DNA from: Candidatus Colwellbacteria bacterium CG10_big_fil_rev_8_21_14_0_10_41_28
GTDB taxonomy: Bacteria; Patescibacteriota; Minisyncoccia; UBA6257; Colwellbacteraceae
Assembly: GCA_002773755.1 (NCBI GenBank)
Contig: PFAG01000014.1
Span: forward strand, 6,634 to 70,633
DNA: 64,000 bases
Direction of reading: 5' to 3'
A program made the position numbers and the translations under genes. Of the stretch, positions 30,463 through 39,362 are shown piece by piece; the first letter of the stretch is position 1, and each line of letters opens with the position of its first letter. The notes below the pieces were generated by a model. The model searched no databases and was not told the DNA's origin. It saw nothing but the letters and a program-made list of their open reading frames with translations.

Positions 30463-31124
30463 TCAAACCAAGATCAGTAATATGGGGTCTAACTATCTTG
30501 GCAGTGGTCCTAATTGTTGTTTTTGGATACAGAACAAAGCTGAGTTTGAGTAATGGTCTTGCCTCTGTGACCTCTAATATAAATCCCTTCAGTAGTCTTG
30601 AAAATCAAATAAAAGATCTTGAAGCTGAGAATTTAAGCCTTAGGGCCAGACTCTTAGAACAAGAAGTTTCTTCTGAAGATCAGATAAAAGTTTTCTCGAC
30701 ATATCCATTTAATAACAGGAGTGAAATTGCTATAGACGGGGGAAGAAATATCGGAATAGAGGTTAAGGATGTGGTTATTACTAACGGCAATATCCTTGTT
30801 GGAATAGTAAAAAGTGTTTCTAAGAGCACTAGTATAGTAACAACTATTTTCGATCCAACATTTGAAACTCCTGTTAGACTTGGCTCCTCTCAAATAGATG
30901 CCTTAGCTGTAGGCGGAAATATTCTTAAAGTTGATCTAATTCCAAAAGATACAGAAGTCAAAGTCGGTGATCTTGTTGTTAGCGCAGATAAGGATCTACC
31001 ATATGGCCTTACATTAGGAACAATCAACTCAATCGATGAGGGTAAGGAAGATGTTTTCAAAAGCGCTGATATAAGTCCAGGATTTGAAATAAAATCTCTT
31101 AGGAATGTCAGTATTTATCGTTAG
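30459..31124 (+). CDS. mreC: Rod shape-determining protein MreC
   Basis: TM, short coiled coil, beta domain (GDLVVS..LPYGL.LG). Confidence 0.85.
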   Translation: MIKPRSVIWGLTILAVVLIVVFGYRTKLSLSNGLASVTSNINPFSSLENQIKDLEAENLSLRARLLEQEVSSEDQIKVFSTYPFNNRSEIAIDGGRNIGIEVKDVVITNGNILVGIVKSVSKSTSIVTTIFDPTFETPVRLGSSQIDALAVGGNILKVDLIPKDTEVKVGDLVVSADKDLPYGLTLGTINSIDEGKEDVFKSADISPGFEIKSLRNVSIYR

Positions 31125-31551
31125 TCTTTTAGCCTCATATCTATTTGGACTGATCCAGTTTCAAAATATATTAGTCTTCTTTGGAGTTAAGGCTAATCTG
31201 CTACTAGCATTAGGGATAGCCTATGGAATTCTAGAAGAAAATTGGCTTAGAAGAATTCTTCTAACCTTTTCTATAACCGGGATAATATCTTTCTATATCA
31301 TTCCAGATGGAACACTTTTCATATTCGCAGCCGGTATTCTTCTTGGTTTTGCCCTTATAGATTATCTCCCTTGGGCTAAAGAAATTAACGGAACGGTAGC
31401 TATTATCTTAATCACACTAGCTCTTAATCTAGATGCAGTAAGTATTATTAGAATATCTATTGCTTCAATAATAAATGTTGGTTCCTTCCTTGCTATATAT
31501 AAATTGATAAAATATATAGACGGGAAACTTAATCCCTATAGGTATCTATAA
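31105..31551 (+). CDS. mreD: MreD-like membrane protein
   Basis: Multi-TM, FGVKANLLL pattern, lies between mreC and pbp2. Confidence 0.65.
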   Translation: MSVFIVSLLASYLFGLIQFQNILVFFGVKANLLLALGIAYGILEENWLRRILLTFSITGIISFYIIPDGTLFIFAAGILLGFALIDYLPWAKEINGTVAIILITLALNLDAVSIIRISIASIINVGSFLAIYKLIKYIDGKLNPYRYL

Positions 31552-31554
31552 AAA

Positions 31555-33405
31555 ATGAAGAAAAGCTTTAAAAGAGAAATCCATTTTGAAGAAGTGGTGG
31601 CCGATACCATATCTGCTCCATACCTAAACAGGGTTGAGAAACCAATTAGCCAAAACGTCTTTTATATCTTTTTTCTTGCCTTCGTACTCCTTGGCTCAAT
31701 TTTTGCGATCAGAACAACTGTGCTCGCTGGTATCAATGGAGATTCATACAAGGAGCGAGCCAACAGCAACATTAATCAGAATATTCCCTTAATTGCTCCT
31801 CGGGGAATCATTACGGATAGAAATGGAGAACCGCTAGTAGAGAATCAGGCAGTTTTCAGCGTTTTCTTAAATGTTGATCAAATGGTTTTAAATAATGAGC
31901 GTGACGAGGTTCTAAGAGCTACTAAAGATATATTGGGAATTGAAAGCGCGGATGTTTTGAGACTGATTGAAGATACTAATCTTGAAGACTACAGCGATAT
32001 TATAATTGCTCGTGAGGCAACCAGAGAACACGTCTTGGAGGTTAAGGGGTTGAATCTAACCTCTCTTAATGTAGAAGAGAGTTTCAAGCGAGACTACAAA
32101 GAAGAGGCTTTCTCTCATGTTGTTGGGTATGTCAGTCTTGCATCAAAGGAGGATCTTCGAGACAACGAGAGTATTATTTTAAACGAGTTTGTTGGAAGAG
32201 ATGGGTTGGAGCTTACATACGACAATGTTTTAAGAGGGGAGAATGGTTCCGTTACTCTGGCTAGAAATTCCATAGGGGATATAGACGAAATCCTTAAAAC
32301 AAAAGATCCAGTTGTTGGAGAAACACTTCAGACAACCATAGATGCCGATCTCCAAAGATATTTTTATGAACGTATGGGTGAGGGCCTTAGGTTGTTAAAC
32401 AGGAAAAGAGGCCTGGGTATTGCTATAGACCCAAGAAATGGAGAAATCCTTTCTTTAATCAGCTATCCATCCTTCGATTCGAATGATGTTTCCCCATATC
32501 TTAACGATAAAGACCTCCCTCTCTTTAATAGAGCTGTCTCTGGTGTATATAATCCGGGCTCAACAATAAAGCCTTTTCACGCAACAGCTGCCTTGAATGA
32601 AGAGATTATCGACCCGAGTAAAGAGATCTACTCAGCTGGGTATATAGAAATTCCTAACCCATACTTCCCAGACCAACCGAGTATCTTTGTAGACTGGAAG
32701 GCACATGGGTGGGTTGATATATATTCCGCTCTAGCCAAATCAAGCAACATCTATTTCTATGCCATAGGGGGAGGATTTGAAGACCAAGAGGGGTTGGGAA
32801 TAGATCGGTTAAATAAATATTGGAGAACTTTTGGTTTTGATAAAAAAACTGGGATAGATCTACCGAATGAATCAAAAGGGTTCCTACCTAATCCGGATGA
32901 GAAGGAAAACAGGACCGATATAATCTGGAGATTAGGAGACACATATAACGTATCAATAGGCCAAGGAGATCTTTCCATAACGCCCCTAGAGCTCGTTGCT
33001 GGAATCTCAGCCCTAGTTAACGATGGAATCGGATATACCCCTCACCTGCACAAGAAAACAGTTCCAGAAATATTCATCAATATTTCAGAAATGAAAAACA
33101 AGCTCGAAATAATTGATAAGGGGATGCAAGACACAATATATAAGCCATATGGAACCGGGAATCTCCTCCAGAACATTCCAATGATAATTGGTGGTAAGAC
33201 TGGTAGTGCCCAGGTTTTTGGGAATACTCAAACCAATGCTCTCTTTGTGGCATATGCAGCAAAAGATGAAGAGAGTAAACCAGAGATACTCATTTTGGTT
33301 CTAGTCGAAGATGCAAAAGAGGGGAGTCTTAACACTGTTCCAATAGTGAAAGATGTTCTTGAATGGTATTATGACAACAGAATAAAAACCGATGCCCAAG
33401 AGTAA
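31555..33405 (+). CDS. mrdA: Penicillin-binding protein 2
   Basis: APRGIITDRNG, PGSTIK (SxxK), SSN, KTG. Confidence 0.93.
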   Translation: MKKSFKREIHFEEVVADTISAPYLNRVEKPISQNVFYIFFLAFVLLGSIFAIRTTVLAGINGDSYKERANSNINQNIPLIAPRGIITDRNGEPLVENQAVFSVFLNVDQMVLNNERDEVLRATKDILGIESADVLRLIEDTNLEDYSDIIIAREATREHVLEVKGLNLTSLNVEESFKRDYKEEAFSHVVGYVSLASKEDLRDNESIILNEFVGRDGLELTYDNVLRGENGSVTLARNSIGDIDEILKTKDPVVGETLQTTIDADLQRYFYERMGEGLRLLNRKRGLGIAIDPRNGEILSLISYPSFDSNDVSPYLNDKDLPLFNRAVSGVYNPGSTIKPFHATAALNEEIIDPSKEIYSAGYIEIPNPYFPDQPSIFVDWKAHGWVDIYSALAKSSNIYFYAIGGGFEDQEGLGIDRLNKYWRTFGFDKKTGIDLPNESKGFLPNPDEKENRTDIIWRLGDTYNVSIGQGDLSITPLELVAGISALVNDGIGYTPHLHKKTVPEIFINISEMKNKLEIIDKGMQDTIYKPYGTGNLLQNIPMIIGGKTGSAQVFGNTQTNALFVAYAAKDEESKPEILILVLVEDAKEGSLNTVPIVKDVLEWYYDNRIKTDAQE

Positions 33406-34393
33406 TACTTCAGAGCTAAGACAAGATTTAACATCAGGAGACTGGGTAATATTTGCCGCTAGTAGGGGTAAAAAGCCTAACGATTTTGCTAAAAAAACTA
33501 ATATAAAGAGACAACCAAGGGCTTCTTGTGTTTTTGAAAATCCTAAAAAGGCTGGTGGGGGAGTTTTAATTTCTTCATATCCAGATGGCGAGAGAAAATG
33601 GAGGGTTCAAGTTGTTCCAAACAAATATCCTGCAGTTCAAGTAAGCTCCGGAAAAGCTACTCTTAAAAAAGATGGATTTTTTAACTCTATAAAGGGGTAT
33701 GGTCATCACGAGCTTGTAATAACGAAACATCACCATAAAAATTTCCCAAGACTTGATATCAATGATGCATATCTACTCTTCACCGTATTTAAAGAGAGAT
33801 ATCTAAATATCGCTAAAGACAAGAATAGTAGATACATTTCCATCTTTCATAACTGGGGGCCAAAGGCGGGTGCTTCGATCTATCATCCTCACTATCAAAT
33901 AATCTCTACTCCTGTAGTTCCTCCAATCTCAGCACACAGCCTTGATAATGCAAAAATCTTTCACGAAAAGATGGGTCTTTGTGCACACTGCACTCAAATA
34001 GACGAGGCAAAACGCTCCAAGAATAGAGTTATCCATGAAGACGAACTCTCCATTGCCTTTGCCCCATATGCGGTAAAAGAACCTTTTGAGTTTAGAGTCT
34101 CTCCAAAGGGTCATACTCCTTTTTTCGAACAATCCACAGAATATGAGATCCATTCAGTTGTCCAAAGTCTCTCTATGGCTCTCAATAAGCTTGAGAAAAC
34201 TCTTAAGGGTGTAAATTACAACTTCTATATCCACACCGCTCCAGTTAAAGACAGAAAGAAATATGGATATTATCACTGGCATCTTCAAGTTGTCCCAAGG
34301 GTTAATCTCTCAGCCGGATTTGAATTAACAACTGGCATAGAGGTTAACTCAGTGCTACCAGAAATAGCAGTCAAAGAGTTAAACAAAAACTAA
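33392..34393 (+). CDS. galT: Galactose-1-phosphate uridylyltransferase family protein
   Basis: VVPNKYPA, AGASIYHPHYQ, YHWHLQVVPR, GFEL. Confidence 0.88.
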   Translation: MPKSNTSELRQDLTSGDWVIFAASRGKKPNDFAKKTNIKRQPRASCVFENPKKAGGGVLISSYPDGERKWRVQVVPNKYPAVQVSSGKATLKKDGFFNSIKGYGHHELVITKHHHKNFPRLDINDAYLLFTVFKERYLNIAKDKNSRYISIFHNWGPKAGASIYHPHYQIISTPVVPPISAHSLDNAKIFHEKMGLCAHCTQIDEAKRSKNRVIHEDELSIAFAPYAVKEPFEFRVSPKGHTPFFEQSTEYEIHSVVQSLSMALNKLEKTLKGVNYNFYIHTAPVKDRKKYGYYHWHLQVVPRVNLSAGFELTTGIEVNSVLPEIAVKELNKN

Positions 34394-35025
34394 TGATAAG
34401 TAGCATCCTGGAAACACTTTCTCAGTTTATTTTAGCCACCATTGAAGCTTGGGGTTATTGGGGTGTTTTTTTTCTTATGTTCCTAGACAATGCAAACATC
34501 CCAATCCCTTCTGAAGTCATCATGCCCTTCTCTGGTTTTCTAGCCTTTACTGGAACATTCTCATTTTGGCCTGTTGTTTGGGTTGGTACTGCTGGAAGTC
34601 TTTTTGGTTCATGGCTTTCATACTATATGGCCATACATTTCCATAGATGGACTGAGAAATGGATGCAGGGAACAATTGCATACGAAACTAGTAAGAAGTG
34701 GTTTGAAAAATATGGGGTAGCAGCCGCTTTTTGGGGAAGATTAATTCCTGGAGTTAGGACCTTTATTTCATTCCCAGCCGGAATGTTCAAGGTTAACTTT
34801 GCGAAATTTTCTATATATACATTTATAGCCTCCTTCATTTGGGCACTTATTCTCACGTATCCTGGATACTATCTCGGAGAGAACTGGGAATCACTTGGAC
34901 CAATAGTTCATAAATACGATGTTCTAATACTTGGTATAATTGTTGCAGGAGGGGCTGCAGCTTTTTGGCTCCATCATGGAAAAAAGAAAAATGACAAAGC
35001 TAGTAGTAGCGAATTGGAAACTTAA
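34393..35025 (+). CDS. DedA family membrane protein
   Basis: PIPSEVIMPFSGF, GRLIPGVRTFISFPAG. Confidence 0.93.
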   Translation: MISSILETLSQFILATIEAWGYWGVFFLMFLDNANIPIPSEVIMPFSGFLAFTGTFSFWPVVWVGTAGSLFGSWLSYYMAIHFHRWTEKWMQGTIAYETSKKWFEKYGVAAAFWGRLIPGVRTFISFPAGMFKVNFAKFSIYTFIASFIWALILTYPGYYLGENWESLGPIVHKYDVLILGIIVAGGAAAFWLHHGKKKNDKASSSELET

Positions 35026-35707
35026 TCCACTGGGCCTCAAAGAGGCTATCTCTTTGGCTAAAAGAACAGATCTTAAAAATGCCATAATTTGCCCCCCCTT
35101 TATCTTTATCGAAGAGGTGGGTAAAACCATTAAAAGGGCAAAGTTAGGCGCTCAGGACGCGTTTTGGGCCAATATTGGAGCATATACAGGCGAAGTCTCT
35201 ATAGATCAGTTAAAAAGACTCAAAGTTAAGTATATAATCGTCGGGCATAGCGAAAGAAGAAAAGAGCTAGAAGAAACTGACGCTATGATTAATCTCAAAA
35301 TTAAGACAGCAGTTCGCGAAAAGGTAACCCCAATTCTTTGTATCGGAGAAAGTAAATCTATTTACAAAAAAGGAATTAAGGCAACGGAGAATCATCTCAA
35401 GAAGCAGTTAACTAAGGACTTGAGTGGTGTAAAGAAGAGGTCTAAATTGATTGTGGCTTATGAGCCAATTTGGGAAATCGGGAGCAAAAGAGCTGATACT
35501 CCTCAGAGATCGATTAAGATGGTTGGGTTTATTAGAGAGACTTTAGATAAATTGGGACACCGGGGTGTTAAAATTCTATATGGAGGTTCTGTACATGGAG
35601 ACAATGCGAACATCTTCTTGGACGAAAAGAATATAGACGGAGTTTTAGTCGGTGGGGCAAGTCTCAAACCTCATGATTTTAGAAAAATAGTTGATGAAGC
35701 TAAATAA
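34991..35707 (+). CDS. tpiA: Triosephosphate isomerase
   Basis: VANWKLN, GAYTGEVS, GHSERR, AYEPIW, YGGSV, LVGGASL. Confidence 0.95.
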   Translation: MTKLVVANWKLNPLGLKEAISLAKRTDLKNAIICPPFIFIEEVGKTIKRAKLGAQDAFWANIGAYTGEVSIDQLKRLKVKYIIVGHSERRKELEETDAMINLKIKTAVREKVTPILCIGESKSIYKKGIKATENHLKKQLTKDLSGVKKRSKLIVAYEPIWEIGSKRADTPQRSIKMVGFIRETLDKLGHRGVKILYGGSVHGDNANIFLDEKNIDGVLVGGASLKPHDFRKIVDEAK

Positions 35708-36296
35708 TATTCAAATAGCTCTTATTGCTTCACTTTTAGTAGGGCTACTTACGATACCAACCATTAACAACCTTCCTCTTCCTGAAGCCATTAAATCATT
35801 TGGAACTTTTAAGGTTGCTATCTCTTTAGGCCTCCTTACTCTCATTGGATATCTAGTTGCAGAGGTCCTATCCAAATGGGTCGCCATATTCAAGGAGCTT
35901 GGTAGGTTCGCAGTTGTTGGAGTATTGAACACCGTTTTAGATTTTGCCATCTTCAATCTTCTAATAAGTTCTTTTGCAATTTCAGAGGGACCTCTCGCTA
36001 GTCTATTTAAGGGAGTTTCTTTTATAGTAGCTGTCATAAACAGTTACTACTGGAATAAATATTGGACTTTTGATTCGCACAAAGTTGTTAAGGGTAAAGA
36101 GTTTATTCAATTCATAATAATCAGCCTCGTAGGATTTGGCATTAATGTTGGAACCTTCTCTCTAGTTGCTAACCTGATTGGAGCTCCAGAGAATATCGAC
36201 CCAACCACTTGGGCCAATATTGGAGCTCTTGTCGGAACTTTCGCTGGCCTTGCCTGGAACTTCATCGGATATAAACTTGTCGTTTTTAAGAAATAA
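35694..36296 (+). CDS. GtrA family membrane protein
   Basis: RFAVVGVLNTVLD, NSYYWNKYWTF, WNFIGYKLVVF. Confidence 0.9.
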   Translation: MKLNNIQIALIASLLVGLLTIPTINNLPLPEAIKSFGTFKVAISLGLLTLIGYLVAEVLSKWVAIFKELGRFAVVGVLNTVLDFAIFNLLISSFAISEGPLASLFKGVSFIVAVINSYYWNKYWTFDSHKVVKGKEFIQFIIISLVGFGINVGTFSLVANLIGAPENIDPTTWANIGALVGTFAGLAWNFIGYKLVVFKK

Positions 36297-36303
36297 GTAT
36301 AGT

Positions 36304-36367
36304 ATGTTCCGGAGTGAGTTAACTCTTTAACGATGATATCGGCTGAAGAGTTCTCCCGAGCCTACAT
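36304..36367 (+). ncRNA. candidate 64-nt hairpin RNA
   Basis: Nested pairings ATGT/ACAT, GGAG/CTCC, AACTCTTTA/TGAAGAGTT, CGAT/ATCG; terminator follows. Confidence 0.35.
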
Positions 36368-36368
36368 T

Positions 36369-36405
36369 GATTAGCCTCCGCCTCGCGCGGGGGCTAATCT
36401 TTTTT
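36369..36405 (+). terminator. intrinsic terminator
   Basis: GATTAGCCTCCGC / GCGGGGGCTAATC plus TTTTTT. Confidence 0.88.
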
Positions 36406-36420
36406 GTATAATGAGTCCAT

Positions 36421-37491
36421 ATGAATTACCTCATCAGAGTCAATCTTGATATTGATCCAGACAAGACTAAAAATAACCCACGCTTCAAAGAGGTGGTCGA
36501 AGTAATCGATGGTTTTGTTAACCAATCCGATAAGGTTATTCTTCTAGCCCATAGGGGCAGGCCAAAAGGAGTTCAAAAGAAACTATCTCTCGAACCATTC
36601 ACTGATAAAATAAAAAATGCTACAGGTCAAAATATTAAGTTCTTCGGTGGTTTTGAGTTTAAAGAGATACGAAGGGAAATAGAGAAAGGTAGTGAAAGGG
36701 TGTATCTCCTCGAGAATTTAAGATTCTTAAATGGTGAAGTCAAAAACAGTAAAGGGTTAGCAAAGAAGCTTGCATCTCTAGGAGATGAATATATAAATGA
36801 TGATTTCGGAACAAGTCACAGAGCCCACGCCTCAATCTCAGCAATAACAAAATATCTTCCTAGTCAGATCGGTCCTCACTTCAAAGAAGAGATCAGCTTT
36901 CTTAAATCCTTTACAGAGAAACCGCTTAGACCACTCATTCTAGTTGTTGGTGGAGCAAAATCCGAGGACAAATTAGCTGTCGTTGAAAGTCTATTGGACA
37001 ATGTGGACAAAGTTATTCTAGGAGGTGGCCCAGCCAACACGCTTCTCAAAGCAAGCGGGGTTGATGTTGGAGGCTCTATATATGATCCAAAGTTAGCTAA
37101 AAATATGGGTTGGCTTATTAATCATCCTAAAGTATCTCTTCCAATAGACTGGAAAGAAAACAGAGGAAGAATTCTTGATGTCGGCCCAGATACAATAAAG
37201 ATGCACACCAAAATATTGGAAGAGGCTAACTCTGTAATCTGGAGTGGCCCAATCGGTTTTTTTGAAAAAGAAAAATTTAGTGCAGGCACAGAAAATATTA
37301 TCGACTCTCTTACAAAAATAAATCCACCGATTTCTTTAGTCGGAGGAGGGGATACTGTCGCAAGTCTCAATCTACTAAGCTCTAAGAAGCTCCCCGAAGA
37401 ACTTCACATTTCAACTGGAGGGAGTGCTATGCTAACCTACCTAGCAGGCAAAGAGCTTCCAGCTCTTACAGCTCTAGACCAAAATGTATAA
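36421..37491 (+). CDS. pgk: Phosphoglycerate kinase (short, divergent)
   Basis: HRGRP, LLENLRF, FGTSHRAHAS, GGAK, GGGDT, STGGSA. Confidence 0.93.
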   Translation: MNYLIRVNLDIDPDKTKNNPRFKEVVEVIDGFVNQSDKVILLAHRGRPKGVQKKLSLEPFTDKIKNATGQNIKFFGGFEFKEIRREIEKGSERVYLLENLRFLNGEVKNSKGLAKKLASLGDEYINDDFGTSHRAHASISAITKYLPSQIGPHFKEEISFLKSFTEKPLRPLILVVGGAKSEDKLAVVESLLDNVDKVILGGGPANTLLKASGVDVGGSIYDPKLAKNMGWLINHPKVSLPIDWKENRGRILDVGPDTIKMHTKILEEANSVIWSGPIGFFEKEKFSAGTENIIDSLTKINPPISLVGGGDTVASLNLLSSKKLPEELHISTGGSAMLTYLAGKELPALTALDQNV

Positions 37492-38056
37492 CTTTAAAGA
37501 CTCAGGAAATAGAAATAGAGATCTCTGTTTTTTTGATCTCGAAGCAACAGGCTTAAGTGCTTATTCTGAGATATTAGAAATCGGAGCTATTAGAATAGAA
37601 ACAGACAGCCTTAATATTATGGAAGAGTTTTCTACTAAAACCCTACCTGAGAGGATTGAGACAGCTGATCCAGAAGCACTCGAAGTAGTTGGCTATGACG
37701 AAAAGGTTTGGAAAAAAGAAGCTATTCCAATTAAAGAAGCTTTGGAAAAATTCTTGGTATTCGCAGAAGACTGTGTTCTAGTGGCTCACAACCTTCCATT
37801 CGATTGGATGTGGCTCCAAAGGTCTCTTGAAGATAATGGACTTAATCCCACCTTCTTCTATCACGGGTTAGATACAATTTCCCTAGCATGGCTAAAGACT
37901 CAGCAGGATAAGATCAAAACTGGTTTGAGTCTAAAAAATCTTTCAAGACAGTTTGATATAGATATGGGTACCCATCACAATGCCCTAGAGGATGCTAAAA
38001 CGGCATACAATATTTTTGTTAAACTAATAGAGACAGATGAAGAAGCTGATAATTAA
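37484..38056 (+). CDS. DEDDh 3'-5' exonuclease (DnaQ-like)
   Basis: FDLEATGL, AHNLPFD, HHNALEDA. Confidence 0.9.
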   Translation: MYNFKDSGNRNRDLCFFDLEATGLSAYSEILEIGAIRIETDSLNIMEEFSTKTLPERIETADPEALEVVGYDEKVWKKEAIPIKEALEKFLVFAEDCVLVAHNLPFDWMWLQRSLEDNGLNPTFFYHGLDTISLAWLKTQQDKIKTGLSLKNLSRQFDIDMGTHHNALEDAKTAYNIFVKLIETDEEADN

Positions 38057-38444
38057 TACAGATGGAGGTTCCAGAGGAAACCCTGGTCCAGCAGCACTTG
38101 GCGCTGTAGTGGGGGATAAGGAATATTTTCAGAAGCTTGGGAACACAACTAATAATATTGCAGAATATTCTGCCGTAATTTTCGCTCTCAAAAAAGCTAA
38201 ACAGTTGATCGGTAAAGATAAGTGTAAAGAAACTGAAATAGATCTAAGAACTGATAGTGAGCTTTTGTGTAAACAACTTAATGCAGAGTATAAGATAAGA
38301 GACGAAGATCTTATTCCACTATTTATAGAAGTCTGGAACTTAAGACAAGACTTTGGAAAAGTTAATTTCATCCACGTTAGAAGAGAGAACAACAAAGAAG
38401 CTGATAGGTTAGTTAACAGAGCTCTAGACGATTTAGGTATATAA
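38037..38444 (+). CDS. rnhA: Ribonuclease HI
   Basis: TDGGSRGNPG, TNNIAEY, TDSEL, HVRRENNKEADRL. Confidence 0.93.
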   Translation: MKKLIINTDGGSRGNPGPAALGAVVGDKEYFQKLGNTTNNIAEYSAVIFALKKAKQLIGKDKCKETEIDLRTDSELLCKQLNAEYKIRDEDLIPLFIEVWNLRQDFGKVNFIHVRRENNKEADRLVNRALDDLGI

Positions 38445-38451
38445 AAGTTAA

Positions 38452-38485
38452 GAGTCCCCACAGCGATTTCTTGCTGTGGGGACTC
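38452..38485. terminator. terminator between rnhA and convergent micro-gene
   Basis: GAGTCCCCACAGC / GCTGTGGGGACTC perfect 13-bp stem. Confidence 0.8.
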
Positions 38486-38521
38486 AGAATACAAGGAGAG
38501 ACGAACTCTCCGGCTTGAGGT

Positions 38522-38653
38522 TCAGGACTTTCTGATAACTCGCAGTGTGCGAGTGTTCCGATCTCGCTGGCACATGTACGCGAGCATCCACCCGATGCCA
38601 ATGAGGCACAGGACGGTTAGAACGATGACGTTGACGAGGCCGGGATCAATCAT
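38522..38653 (-). CDS. 43-aa single-TM microprotein MIDPGLVNVIVLTVLCLIGIGWMLAYMCQRDRNTRTLRVIRKS (not in ORF track)
   Basis: SD GGAGGT 5 nt upstream of ATG; about 22-aa hydrophobic helix plus Arg-rich tail; own promoter and terminator. Confidence 0.7.
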   Translation of the reverse strand: MIDPGLVNVIVLTVLCLIGIGWMLAYMCQRDRNTRTLRVIRKS

Positions 38654-38676
38654 GATCTACCTCCCTCTGAATCATT

Positions 38677-38833
38677 CCTGGTGACTGCCAGGTCGAGCCC
38701 ATTGTCTCGGTTGAGACGAGCTTTTCTACGCACCAAATTTGTTGATATGCAGGAAAGCTCATCTCAAATACTGAACCTCTATGGAGTCAAAGAACTTACT
38801 AGAAATAGTGCAACATTCCTGAGTAGATGTCAA
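38677..38833 (-). promoter_or_regulatory. promoter and structured leader of microprotein gene
   Basis: TTGACA (38833-38828), 17 nt, CACTAT; boxA-like GTTCTTTGAC; long hairpin 38711-38767; hairpin 38677-38692. Confidence 0.6.
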
Positions 38834-38851
38834 AAATAGAGGCTAATTCTA

Positions 38852-38880
38852 TTTACATAAAAAGCCCGTTGTGGTATAAA
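38852..38880 (+). promoter_or_regulatory. rnpB promoter
   Basis: TTTACA, 17 nt, TATAAA preceded by TG. Confidence 0.7.
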
Positions 38881-38886
38881 TGGGGT

Positions 38887-39286
38887 GAGGTAATTCAGGC
38901 AATAGCCTTCTTTTTTTACCCGATATTGCTCTGTAACGATTGATCTTTACCTAAAGGGTAATAATAAAAGAGGGAGGAAAGTCCGGACACCTACTTGGTT
39001 TTCCAGGTTAAAAAGGTAGCGGGTAATACCCGTCGTGCGAAAGCATAGGGGTGCGAGCAGAGACGCTGCAATATCGAGAGATACGCAGGAGCCCGATCCC
39101 AACGTAGACGGCTCAACTCAGTTATAGGGATAAAAGACTGAGGTGAAACGGCTAAATCCCTACCCAGGTGCAAGGCCGAGCTCCGACATTCGGAGAGTGC
39201 CGCTAGAACTATTGAGCAATCATTAGTCCAGATAGATTATTGCCACCTTCTTCGGAAGGGACAGAATCCGGCTTATGAATTGCCTC
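38887..39286 (+). ncRNA. rnpB: RNase P RNA
   Basis: GAGGAAAGTCCGG and ACAGAATCCGGCTTA (P4), GGTGAAACGG, GTGCAAG; P1 GAGGTAATTC/GAATTGCCTC. Confidence 0.97.
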
Positions 39287-39287
39287 C

Positions 39288-39327
39288 AAAGGGGGTTATC
39301 CCGGCTCCGGCTGAGATGGCCCCCTTT
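39288..39327 (+). terminator. terminator after rnpB
   Basis: AAAGGGGGTTATC..GATGGCCCCCTTT stem. Confidence 0.8.
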
Positions 39328-39362
39328 GGATTTTTAGGACTTTGCTTTTATACTTTTAAAGT

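Noticed and set aside
36304..36367. SRP RNA, hammerhead ribozyme or fluoride riboswitch
   Set aside because: No CAGG-GGAA-AGCAG SRP motif; CTGAAGA lacks the partner GAAA core; GCCTAC lacks the upstream GATGG.GTTC element
38413..38601. 62-aa minus ORF in track
   Set aside because: It runs through the terminator into rnhA; the SD-led frame 38522-38653 is preferred
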